DNA of 64,000 nt from Macrostomum hystrix. Its lineage: Eukaryota > Animalia > Platyhelminthes. Location of the stretch: NCBI GenBank assembly GCA_950097015.1, contig CATNEN010000008.1, forward strand, positions 1,798,001 through 1,862,000, read 5' to 3'. Under the pieces are notes generated by a model. The model did no database searches. It was not told the origin of the DNA and saw only the letters and a list, made by a program, of their open reading frames with translations. Positions 46,101 to 58,400 of the stretch are shown one piece after another. The position numbers and the translations under genes are program-made. Position 1 is the first letter of the stretch, and each line of letters begins with the position of its first letter.

Positions 46101-48463
46101 GGGAGAGTAGGGAGATAAAGGAGAGGAGGGAGAGAAGGAAGAGGAGAGAGAGAAGGGAGAGGAGGGAGATAAGGGAGAGGAGAGAGGAGAAAGAGGAGGG
46201 AGTGGAGGGAGAAGAGGGAGAGTAGGGAGAGTAGGGAGGTAAAAGGAGAGGAGGAAGAGAAGGGAGAGGAGGGAGATAAGGGAGAGGAGAGGGGGAGAGG
46301 AGGGAGAGGAGAGAGGAGGGAGGAGGGAGAGGAGAGAGGAGGGAGGAGGGAGATAAGGGAGAGGAATGAGAAAATTGAATTAAAAAGTGTATTTCGGCAA
46401 GAGAGAGGCTGCTAATGAGAACGCAAATCTGAAATTATTGGTAAAGGATTTAACTAACAAAATGTATAGTTGATGATCCAGAGCGAGAACATCATTTTAA
46501 CGAGGTGCCAACCAAAATGGGTGATAAATAATTCCAAAAACGGAAAGCTTAAAGTGTAACTTCTCGGTTCTATATAGTGAACAATTCAGTTCATTCGTTA
46601 CTTGTGATTCTTGGATGAATGTGTTGCATAGCATAGGTACTTCGCAATGTAGCAATGTACTTCGTACCTGAACAACGAAAAAGTACTGAATGGTATTGTG
46701 AAAAGAATTAAGAATCTGCTGTCAGCTGTCATTGCAAATCAATCCGATTCAAAACAGAAGCTGCATTGAAGCACAACGATGTAGGTCATTCTGGAGCCCT
46801 GAAAAAATTTTTTTGCTGTCTTTCGAGCAAATGCAACATTACCTTCGCTATTATATTGCCATAGTAGTGCTTGGCCATAGTTTAGCTGACAGAATTAGTA
46901 AAATATCATTTTTATAGGTATATTCATTGTAAGAAAAAAATTACTTCCATAAATTCAAGCCTCAGATTTTATAACGACATCAGCATACAATTTAACGACT
47001 CACCTTCGTTAATAGGCTAGTAATTCTTTGATCTCTGGCCTTTACAGTTTCTTTTAGCGTCTCGATTTCTCTGGCCAATCGAGTGATGGTTGCGTCCTGA
47101 AGAAATTCGTAAAACAGTTTTTGCAATAAGTTTTTCGGAGTTGGTCAGGGAGAGAGAATGTATGTACATTCATCCAGCGAGGTCAGGGGGAGAGAGAAGG
47201 TATGTACATTCATCCAGCGAGGTCAGGGTGGGAGAGAACGAATGTACATTCACCCAGCGAGGTCAGGGAGAGAGAACGTATGTACATACGTACAGTGCGT
47301 AAAGTCACCTGCGAACGTTATTATTGTTACAAAATGAATCCAGCCTAACCTTGCCCGTCATGTCCCGTTGCATCTGGGTTAGCAGTCCGCCAGCGATGCT
47401 AGCATCTTTGCGCAGTCGATCGAGCTCACGGAGCTCCCCGCTCACCGGACCGCGGCCCAGCTCCCGACGCAGCTCGCCCACCTCCGCCTCCTTGGCGGCG
47501 ACCTCAGCCTCCAGAGCGCCGAGCCGTTGTCGACTCTCCGCCTCGCTGGCTGCCAGGCGTTTTTGAAGCTCCTCGAATTGGGCGGCCCGCTGGGCGGCTT
47601 CAGTCTGGAGGCAGTGTAAATCGAACTGCACCGCAGTGAGGCGCTGCTCACTGCTGGCTGCGGCGGCTGCTGCGACGGCTGCCGCGGCGGCTGATGAAGA
47701 TGCCGATCTTCGACCGGGAATCTGTGGACCTGCGCTGGTCGGGCGGCCGAGTCGAACTGTTGGCAGTGCTGGTGATGCTGATGGGTGCTGCGTGAAAGTA
47801 TGTAGTGGAAGCTGCGGTAATCTGGCAATCGTATTCGTCACAGTTTGAAAATTACCTTTGTGTTTGGGTGTTGCTGATGCTGCTGTGGCACTGTTTGAGG
47901 TTGAACCGGCGGCGGCCGAGACCGGAACAGAGTCGCTGACGTCGGAGTGGTCGCAGCGGACGTTGATGCCGTACTCGGCCACTCTATCACCAGCTGATAG
48001 TCGCGACACCTGTCAGTTTTGGCTTCTCCGAAGCGCAGATGATCGCCGTGGGTTAGGCGAGACGGCGATCCGGCCTGCATACGCCGGTCGTTGACGAATG
48101 TACCCTGCGCAAAGTGCGACAGCAAATAAAAAAAAATAATACTCTCTACAGGGACAGAGTCAATATAAAGAATATAGTCTCACCTGCTCCGTTGACAAGT
48201 CCCTCAGAAGGTAGCAGTTGTTTTCATGCGAGAACTCCACGATAGCGTGCAGTGCAGCTGTTCCGGCCGCCTAGATGAATTGGATGTACTTTTTAGTAAA
48301 TTTTAATTTAAACATACTACTTAGTGTAGTAGGCATACAAAAGAGCAGATTTTTCTCAACATACGTCAATGACAATGTCGCAGCTTCCATGCCCGATTGT
48401 AGTTAAATTTAGATTCAATGGAAATTCCTCTCCGTCCAATTTAAGAACGGCTCTGTGCGTCAT
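40168..48463 (-). CDS. FHAD1: Forkhead-associated domain-containing coiled-coil protein (FHAD1-like), 12 coding exons, about 1381 aa
   Basis: Exons: 48365-48463, 48184-48270, 47856-48104, 47350-47811, 47004-47096, 45687-45919, 44912-45453, 42686-44155, 42366-42553, 41120-41659, 40890-41030, 40168-40209. All GT-AG, 4146 nt in frame. N-terminal FHA ([49 protein letters not shown]) followed by a very long heptad-rich coiled coil. AATAAA 24 nt past the stop. Confidence 0.8.
40285..40880. repeat. Near-perfect minisatellite, 15-bp unit GGGATCCGGGGATCT, about 40 copies (FHAD1 intron 11)
   Basis: One variant unit only; ends about 10 nt from the donor. Confidence 0.99.
41700..42333. repeat. Minisatellite, 19-bp unit GGGATTTCCCGAAATCAAT (FHAD1 intron 9)
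   Basis: About 32 copies. Confidence 0.97.
44365..44830. repeat. Minisatellite, 17-bp unit GATTGGGAAATCCGTCT (FHAD1 intron 7)
   Basis: About 26 copies. Confidence 0.95.
45490..45666. repeat. Minisatellite, 24-bp unit CAGATGAGGTGTCAGTAGGATTGT (FHAD1 intron 6)
   Basis: About 7 copies, most of the 233-nt intron. Confidence 0.95.
45985..46365. repeat. Polypurine (GGAGA/GAGG) tract (FHAD1 intron 5)
   Basis: Purine-dominated + strand. Confidence 0.9.
47142..47290. repeat. Minisatellite, 40-bp unit, about 3.5 copies (FHAD1 intron 4)
   Basis: TGTACATT recurs at 40-nt spacing (47163, 47203, 47243). Confidence 0.88.
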
Positions 48464-49432
48464 CAACCTTCGCCTGCTGCAATTATTTATTAACTTATTA
48501 TAATTAGTAAATAAATTAAAATACATATAGAATCAAAAAACTTTTCTATAATTCTATATTTCTATAGAAGAAGAAAGCTTTTCTAGAAGAAACAACGAAG
48601 TAATATAAACAGATCCACCTAAGAAGCTACAATAGCATTAATATATATTTTCCAAATATAAATCGTTCGTGATTCTTCTGGCTTAGAAAAAGAACGTTTA
48701 CATTTATATTTGTTTACAAAACATACAGTAGCTTTTTAGGTAAAAAAACTAAATCGATTCGGAGTCAGACAATGCTTGCTATATTTACTTACATTAAGTG
48801 TAAAAGTGTAATAAGTGTAAGTGTAGCATAATAGAAATACACATATTAATAATTTAAGCATATAGATTCCATTGAAACTGTGATCCAAGGGGCTCCACTA
48901 TTTGTCTTATATTGTCTATATTAATTTTTAATTCAAGGCGCAAAAAGAAATCTAACTTTGTACTCTTACTTTAGGTCACATTATCGCGGAAATAACTGTG
49001 AAAGATTAAGAAAGCAAAAAAAATTCGTTTTTACTATCGCTTTTTGCAAATAAGCGGTAGTCACCAACGTAATAAAACTCCTCTTTGGGACAGGGACAGA
49101 GATAACTTTATGAAGTTAAGAAATTTAATATTTAAAAATATCAGCGACGCTAAACATTACAGCTAACCGCAAAAATTCTTTAGCTTGAGAATAAAGTATA
49201 TTTTTAAGCAGATTTTATATAAAATAGTTTCATAAAATATTAAATCGTTGAAAGCTCATAGGTTAATTTTAGTTGTTTTGTTTTAAATAATAAACCCTAG
49301 TTACGCGTACCTCTGTAATTTAATTTCAATTTTGTAAGATATTTTTAGGTTCATCACGCTTTTGTAAAATTCCGAAAGTTTCGAGCCAATCAGTATCAAC
49401 ATTAAAAGTTTTTCTCCTAGCTGAAGCCAGAG
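48464..49432. promoter_or_regulatory. AT-rich divergent intergenic region (probable bidirectional promoter) between FHAD1 and CFAP74
   Basis: 969 nt between two outward-facing start codons; forkhead-type TGTTTAC at 48711-48717; a splice-acceptor-like sequence just before each ATG. Confidence 0.5.
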
Positions 49433-52400
49433 ATGGATTCAGCAAAAGAACTATTTCATTCATCCGATGCTTTGAATAACTTAGAATCCTACGATGATTT
49501 GGCAAATGGAGTATACGATCACGACGAACAACAGTTTCTCTATGGAGATCAAGGCGAAGAAAACTACGACGACGTCGCGTTCTACGACACTGATGCACAA
49601 CTAAATGGCGAAGGGCTCACACAGGAACAGGTTGACGAGTTAAAGTAAGCCTTTAAATATGAATTGTAGCGTAATGCATACTGTTATATGTGCGTCGATT
49701 ATTATAAAGCTAAGATAATATAGAAATGAGGTATTATCACTTTTTATTATGGCAACATTTAGGTGGAATCCAAAAAAAGCGTAAAGAGAACATCAGAAAA
49801 AATCAAATTTGATGCAAAAAGCTATGTTTCATATCTCTTATTCAGGATGGAGTCAATAATTGGGGCCCGGAAGCTGTTTAAGTTGCAAAAGCTGTAAATT
49901 TTTCAAGTCTATTTATTTACAATAGATATACGCATTTTTTGTTTGAAAATAACTTGCCTAGTTCATAGTAAATTATATTTTTTACCTATTTAAGTGCAAA
50001 GCAACCTCCTTTATAAGTATGAAATTAACATTTTATTTAGCTAGTATACATTTTTATATACATGAAAGGCTGCAGTATATATATATATACATATTCGCAT
50101 AGAAATGGTTTTGAGTTATAAAGACAACTTAAAAATAACTCTGATTTGATTTCTTTATCAGTTCCGTCTGCGGCAACTCCGAGATTGCAAACGAAAGCCA
50201 GCAAAATCCGGTGAAAAAGTTCAACCAACGAGAGCGAGCCAAGATGATTCACACTCGAGCCTTTCTCAAACGCCTGGATGACAAGGTCAAGGAGCGACAG
50301 TACGAAGTGGACAAATACCGGTCAGTTTCTAAGCTAAGATTATTTATAAAAATTCAGGAACAAACTAATCAAACTCGCGACCTGTCTTTTTTAATCCAGA
50401 GAAGAGAACAATCGCTGCAAAAAACGAATTGAGGAGCTGGAACACGAAGCTGCCGATGTTGCAGGCCAGATCGTTCAGCAGGAGGCCGCGGCCAACATGG
50501 CGTCGGCTTACCGACTGCGAGCTCAGCTGGAGAGAATCGGACAGGAGAAATCCGGCGAGGAGCTGCTGGGTGGGCACATCTACCGCAGCCTGCTGGGAGC
50601 CGAGTGAGTGCTGCAGTCAGACAGACTGTATAACTCGGTATTGACTTGTTTGACAGGGTGCATAACACACCAGACCTGTTCGACAAAAGAGCCTAGCCTG
50701 TTAGACAGAGAGCCTTATCTGTTAGACAGAGAGTCTTATCTGTTAGACAGAGAGCCTTATCTGTTAGACAGAGAGCCTTATCTGTTAGACAGAGAGCCTT
50801 ATCTGTTAGCAGAGTGACTAGCCTAGCCTTCTAGAACTATTGGTAAAAAAATTCACGATGCAGACTGTTCGAAATTGACGTCGTCAAATTCTTTCTCACT
50901 TTGTCCGGCCCGCAGATACGAGCTCACGCTGGCCCGCATTGAGCAGGGCAAGCAGTTGCTAACCGATCACGAGCTGCGCCAGAAGGAGCAGCTATACGAC
51001 GAATTCAAAGCCGAAGTGGCGGCGATGCGCCAGTTGAAGGAGCGAAAATTTGCCAACGCCACGGAGGCCTTCTTCCAGCGAAAGGAGGAGTGAGTTTTTT
51101 CAATGGAATCACGAGTTTTAACGAGTAGCTTAGGAAAGCACCAAGAGCTGGAAAATTTGTTTAAACGTTATCAAACCAAGCACCTTCTAAGTACGAGTAT
51201 AACTCAGGACACCAACTTGTACCTTCGACTCAAGGGAGCTGCGACAATGGCGCGAACGCATGAACCTGCAGGAGTCGGACACGCGACGTCGGGTGAAGGC
51301 GGCGCACGACATGCACAATGCCCGCCTGCTGGAGACAATGCGCAGTATCCGACAGGCGCGCGACGCCGAGGAGGACCGCTACCGAGAGGACTTCGAACGC
51401 AAGGTGCGCTCCGTGCTGCGCCTGAAGGACGGCATCTCCGGCAACCGGGACAACCTAACGGCGCTGGCCAATCGGGCCCGGGCTGACCAGCGCAAGGCCG
51501 ACGCCGAGGCGCGCGGACTTCGCGCCGAGACTCTGGAAGCCGGCGGAGACGCCGGATTGGCTCTGCGTCGCGAGCGTCGCGCAGCGGAGGCTCGCGTCGA
51601 TGCCGAAATCTGGCGCGACGGTCAGCGCAAAAAGCGTGCGGACATTGCTGCCAGATTGCTAATTGAAGAGGACTGGGAGAAGAAAAAACGAGAACGCCTG
51701 CCCTACTTGTACGCCAAGGACACTCGTGGCCTGTCGACAACGTCCGCCTCAGCGGCCATGGGGGCGCCCTTCCGGCGGGAACGAAAGCTGCGCATGACGC
51801 GCGACATTGAAGCGGCGCTGGACGCCGCCGACACCGCCGCAGCTGCGGCCACCGATCCGGATTCTGGTCGAGCCCTTAGCGCCGGTGCTGAATTGATGGG
51901 GATTGCGCGGCGTCGCGACGTTGACGAAAACTCATCGGACGACGAAATGACGCGTCGTATCGGTGGCGGCGGCGCTGGCACCGGTGGCGAAAATGATGAC
52001 GACGAGGCCGAAGCAACAGCGGCGACGTTGCGAGCGTCGCTTGCCGCCGCAGCTGCCGACGCGGCTTCCGGGGCCGAGTCATTGGCCAAGCCGCAGTTCG
52101 CAGGCATGTGGGACACCTTCAAGGCGTACAGCATCCCGCGCACAGACAAGGTGGATCACATTCGCAATGGGAAGGCCTCCTACATGGAACAGGTGTGTAA
52201 AACTTTAAGTTGTTTAATTGAGAACAAAATGTGATTGTATTCCTCAGAAATATGAGTGGGAGAAGCGTTCTCAGATCGGTTGAACTCGAACAAAATTCCA
52301 GGAAATCATGCGCCGAGTTCTAGACCAGACGCGAGCCAACATTGTCACCAAGCAGGTGGCTGCCGGTCGCGAGTTCAAAGGCGATGCCGCCTTCTTTAGC

Positions 52401-55400
52401 AAGCCCGAGTTGGTGCACTTCATAGATTTCGAGTTGGACCAGACCTACAGGCAGAAGGTCACGCTGACCAACGCCTCCTACGGTGTGAACTCGTGCAAGC
52501 TGGTCGGCATGACGGATTACCTGAACAACTTCATCCAGATCCAGTTCAACCCACCGGGTCACCTGTCAGCCGGCATGTCCTGCCAGCTGCTGCTCAGCTT
52601 CACGCCGCGCATCAACGAAGATCTGAGCGGCGAGATCACCTTCCTGTGCCAGACCGGACAGTTCTCCGTGCCCATACTGTGCTCAACGAAGAAGTGCGAC
52701 GTAAGTCAGCATCTAAAAGTCACCTGGTTACCCAACAATCCACACGTTTCAATAATCCACAACACCGCCCCTTCAGCTGTCAATCGACCGAGCCAGGGTG
52801 GATTTCGGTGTCAGCGTGATCGGCGAGACTCTGCACCAGACGTTGACACTGCGTAATACGGGCGCAAAAGGCTGCAACTTCAAGCTGACTAAGGTGGACC
52901 CGTTCAGAGTGCGCGAGAGGACGGAGTATTCTACTACTGCAGCGGTGAGTTAGTAGTATCCATAGGCGTGTTTCTATTACTGGATAAAATATTTAAATAA
53001 TTCAAGAGGCCGAGGGGACCAGGTGCATCACTTGGCGACCCGCAGCCAGCGCGGAGGCAATTCTGTCCATCTCGCTGACCCCCAAGCACACACTCACACA
53101 GGGTGTGTGCATCTGTCCTGACTTTCTCATCATCAGGCAGGCGTTGACCCTACTGAGTGTAAATTTCACGACAAGCCGCAAAAAGCCTTCTCTCCGTGGC
53201 TGCGCCTCGAATGAATAAGGCCTCGAGCTTAAGCACTTTGCGCGAGAATCGAACCCCATATTAAAAGAAACACTTTCTACTAGAGAGCTGCACTCTAAAT
53301 TCACCTGCAGACGGAAGATGTAAAGCCACTAGACGAGACTTCAGCTCCTGCTGCGGCAACGGCCAGTGCTGTCACGCCTGCTCCAGAGGCGGCACAGGCT
53401 CCAGCAGCGGGAGACTCGCTGATTGAGCAAGTCGGTCAGCAAGGCGAGGATCAGCGCTCGCAGCAGCAGCAGGAGCTGCCGGCGCACCTCACCGACGGCA
53501 TGTCGGTTGGTCGCACCTCCGACGGCTGGCTCGGTCCATTCTCCGAGGTCAAGCTGGAACTGGTCTGGCTGCCCAGCCTGCCCGGCAATAATAGGGCCGA
53601 CTTTCGCATCGAATTCGACGATCCGGCGTCGGCTAGCGTGAACTTCGAAGCCCAGGGAGTGGCGGTCGACGTGCCGGTGTGGCTGGAGCGCAGCACGGTG
53701 GATCTGAGAGTGTGCACCCAGGACCGGCTGTACCAGGACACGGTGGTTGTGCGAAATCGAGCCAGCACAGCCCTGAAGCTGCACTTTCAGGTGAGCTAAT
53801 GAACATTTGGGATCAATTCGCTTTGGCAACCCACCTGCCGAAGCGTGAAGAACTAGAAACGTAAAAGACTCGTACAATTATCTGCACCTCTGCAGGTGCC
53901 CCCAAAGCTGCAGGGCCACATGGAGCTGCTGCCCAAGACCGGCTACGTGCAAGCCCGCAGCAGCTTCTCTGCCCAGCTGAAATTCCTGCCCCGGGCCACC
54001 CTGGCTGACGACGCCGCCGGCGAATTCTTCGATCCGACTACCGGCGTCCTGGAGGTGCCGCTAACCATCCGGGTGGCCGACCAGACCAGGCCGGTGGAGT
54101 TCACCGCGGTTGCTGTGGTAACAGGATCAGATCTGGAATTCGATGTTAGTAGCCTAGACTTTGGCTGTTGCACAATCTACGAGTCGGCTGTCCGCACGGT
54201 GCGCATGACCAACAACAGCCTGCTACCGCAGAAGTTCGGCTTCGTGGGATTGCCCGATGTGAGCTATAAATAGCAACCTATAAGATTATTCATATATTCA
54301 CCACAGATTAGATACATATGTTTTATGCATGAGGACGACCATGGGAATTACCCAGTCGTTTTCATTGGCTAAGAGCTGTCACGAGACACTAAACTTTTTT
54401 CCGATAGCGACATATTTGTTCAAAACATTTGATTTGATCTTATTTACTCAAATGGAGCGTCACAGTATTATCCACAATCTAAATAGACCGTCCGTTGGCT
54501 TTCCTCGTATTGTAAGGGAATCCTGAATCTAAAAATAGCGACCAAAAGAAACATTACTTCCGCATTCTCAATTCGTTTTATCTAGTACGCCGAAGTGCAG
54601 CCAAACGACGGTTTCGGAGTGATCCTACCCAAAGAGACCATCAACTTGGAGGTCGCATTCAGCCCGGATCGTGCGGCTGACTTTGCTTTTACCTTGAACT
54701 GTCGCACCTTGATCGATCGCAAATTCACAATCGCCTGCACAGGCGTCGGTGTTCATCCGCCGTTGCGACTCTCCGAACAGGTGGTCAACTTCAAAGCCAC
54801 CGCCCTGCAGGACTTCAACGATGCCATGATCTACGTAGTGAATGACCACATCAGCATGAACGAGTACTCGCACCCGGTGCCGAGAATCGGCAAGGGTCCG
54901 ATCGCTCCAGTTGGGCCGACTTCGTTCGAATTCGCGGTGCCAGAAGACGCGCCGTTCCAGCTGGCGCCCTGCGTTGGCACAGTCATGCCTGGCGAGCGGG
55001 CGCGCATCCACCTGCGTTTGAAGCCGCGATTCAGCAAGCAGCAGGTGCAGCAAGAGGCCACCTGTCTGGCCGGCCTCCGACTAGAGGCCGAGGCACGAGC
55101 CGAACGGGAACGACAACGGGCGGAGCAGAGGCGACAACAGGAGGAGGCGGAGAAGGCGCAGGTGAGAAAAATACTTCTACTAATCGTAGTGTACACTGGT
55201 GTAGCATTATATTGTTAATACTTTTGCTTACCTATAATATTCCGCAACGGCTTTTGCTGCTTGGTCAAATCAATAAGGCATCAAATGAAATCAAGGTATA
55301 ATCAATCATCAATAAGAACAAAGCTTAGCGGTATAGGACGAATTAGCTGATGAGCCCCAACACAAACAGGTACAAGTATTGTCTGCTTGGTCTAAGGCAA

Positions 55401-58400
55401 AAGCTGCTCATTTTTCGGCGCTTCATTGGACACCAAAATAGGTGAACATCAGAGTGGCGCGAACATAAAGCCTGTGGATTTTCTGCTTCAAATTATGCCT
55501 AATTAATGCCATTGCAGGATTCTTCCGATGAGCTTTTAGTAAAGACCGATTTTTGATGAAGACTATTTTATTAAAATTGTTTACGTGCTATACTCACAAA
55601 TTTGCTTCAATTTTTTGTTTGTTTTTTGTAAAGATCACAATGATCACTTCTAAGTTAAAAATAATTTTCACCATAAGTCGTTTCACTTTTATAGGCAACA
55701 AGCGCTAAGAAGGGGACAGTCAAGTCGCCTAAGAAAGATGACGTAAGGGGTCTTGAACTCCGAACTAATGCTTTGATGCGGACAATCAGTTGTTTGACGT
55801 TTGCAAACTAACAAATGTTCATTTTACAAGATCGAATATGAAGTACTTTCAGATTTGGTACATTTCTCACATTAACGTTAATCACTGTGTGTAATAAAGT
55901 ATTTTTTTCTGAAGTGAATAACCAAAAGTTTGTTTTATACAATATATTTTTATTTCACAATCCAATCTTTGCTATGATGCGAGCGTAAAGAGCAAGCACA
56001 AATGCATGCCTGTTGATGGAGTGAAGTGGTTCAGGGTTGTCGTCTCTTTTGAAAATTATTGCTCATTGACATTGTTCTGAAGCTAGAGCGAAATCTGCTT
56101 CGTTGCTACCTTTATATTTTATATTAAAGGGCAACTGACCATATTTCTTCCTGTTTCTATGGTGACAATGGAACAAATTTTCACTGTGGTTTCCTATTAG
56201 TTGCTGCGATTTATAGGCACAGGCTTTTCCTAGTATTTTTTGTATTTATAGGCATAGGTGTTTTCTAGCAGTTGTTGCTAATTATAGGCACAGGGGTTTC
56301 CTAGTACTTGTTGCTATTTATAGGCAAAAGGGTTTCCTAGCAGTTGTTGCTAATTATAGGCACAGGGGTTTCCTAGTAGTCGTGGCTATGTATAGGCACA
56401 GGGGTTTCCTAGTAGTTGTTGCCATTTATAAGCACAGTGGTTTCCGACGCTGAACACAGTTATTGAATCTTTATATCCAAACCAATAATTTCTGCAGAAG
56501 ACAAAGCCAGGCGCCAAGGGCAAGCAGCAGCCTCCCGCTAAGCAAGCCGGTGTTGGACGTGGTGGCGGCGGGGTCGCAGCTGGCCGCGGTGGCCGAGGCG
56601 GCGGAGCCGGCGTCGATGCGACTGGAGCAGACGGTGCCAACGGTTCGGAGATTCAGCCACCGGCACCGGAGTCGATCGCCCCGGATTCCGACCAGTTCTA
56701 CGCCGGCCAGGCTTCACTTATGCGCAAATTTCAAGGCGATTTTCGGACCTTTACCGTGCCCTGTTTCGTGGCGTCTGGCCGATGCCCAACGGAGCCTGGC
56801 ACGCTGAAGTACTCCACCGAGAACACGCTGTACCTACAGGTGAACTGTCCGATGGTCAGTCCCCAGTTGGCCATTATCTCCAACAGTGGCCGGGCGGCTT
56901 TGGACTTTGAAAATGTCTCACTGGGTCAGACTGCGGTTAAGTCGTTCACAGTGCAGAATATCTCGTCGTCGAGGATCAATCTGGCAAGCTCCTTGCTAGA
57001 TCCCAACGGCCCGTTCGCCCTGCTGAACGCACTCCGTCCACTGGAGCCGCAGCAGTCGCACTCGGTTCTGGTCAGCTTCACTCCCGGCAAGGAGTGCAAC
57101 TTTCATGAGCGTTTATTCCTGCACGCCGGCGGTGCGCAGAAGCTAGGAGTGACCTTGAGAGGTCGGGGAATCCTTCCCAAGATCGCCTGCTCCGAGCGGG
57201 GACAATTTGACCTTGGTGCCGTGCTGGCTGGCGAGTACGTTGAGCGACAACTGACCTTGACCAACCAATCGGCTCTAAATGTGGCCTTCAACATCCGATT
57301 GGACAGCGTCTCGCTGCTTCGATTTCAGGTTGGTGTCTGTTTGTAATCAAATTTGAGCTTTATACTCGTAGAAAATAAAAAGGTAATTCGTCGGTTAAGG
57401 TAATTATTTGGTACCGGACGGCAAACATCGATCCGAATAAATCCGCAGGAGGCGCAACATCCGCCGGTGTTCGCACCTGGCGGCCGTCCCGCAGCACTCG
57501 GCGTACAGAATCGCAGCGGCCAAGCTGTGTTCGACTGCGTCCCCTGCGCCGGCGATATTCCACCCGGCCAGACGGCCTCCTTAATCGTTACCTTCGCTCC
57601 GGACAGGGTCTCCGACTGCTACTCCGACGTGCTGCGCGTTCTAATATTCGACAAGGAAGAGGCTCACCGATTAAAACTTATTGGCCAGGCCAAGCCGCAC
57701 ATCGCCTACGTGGGAGGCGGCGACGCAATTAGATCTGAAGTGGAGTGCTTGGCTGCAAACTTCAGGGGCAACGTCACCGAAGGTAGGCGAACGTGATTTT
57801 TTCTAATTATCTGGAAGAAGGATTGTGGTCCGCAAAGCAGCTCATTAAGCAACCCAGTTAATCCCAGGTGGGAGTGGAGTGACTCTTCAGGGAGATGGGT
57901 GTCTGTGGAGTGGCTGAACTCACCTAGCTGTAGTTTGGGTACCGGCATCAGTTCGGATTGAAATTTGGTGAGGGGGTCTCCCCAGTCCACGGACTGAACG
58001 CAGCCTTTGGGCTAGGTGTACTTTCTATCTGTCTTCTAACTTCCTATTAGATATTGCTCTGGACATATATGAAGGCAATGTCAGATTAGATAGCCGCAGT
58101 TACTCAAAACTGCACATATTATTGCAGACGCCAAGGCTCCAGTTGGCGCCATACTGCTCACCTTTGGCGCGGTCTGCTCAGTGGACGGTGTGATCTCGCC
58201 GGCTCAGCGCACAATGTACGTCGGCTGCGTCAGGACGATGGCTGTCAGTCAAAAAAAGGTGAGCATTTCGGAATCTGATGGTCTTATCGAGGCCATCGAA
58301 AATCTAAACACTTTGACCTTCAACTGACCCCGAACAGAATGCCGAGTACACATTTGAGAACACCAACGTCATCAACGCATTGGGCTTCTCCATCGACTCG

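Noticed and set aside
47812-48009. Alternative gene start [10 protein letters not shown] (ORF 47305-48009)
   Set aside because: Non-ATG start within the FHA exon; the FHA frame with a 44-nt intron explains the region better.
53105-53140. Hammerhead ribozyme in the SINE-like element (CTGATGA...GAAA-GTC on minus)
   Set aside because: Only 3 nt separate CTGATGA and GAAA and there is no stem III before the GTC; it folds better as a simple hairpin.
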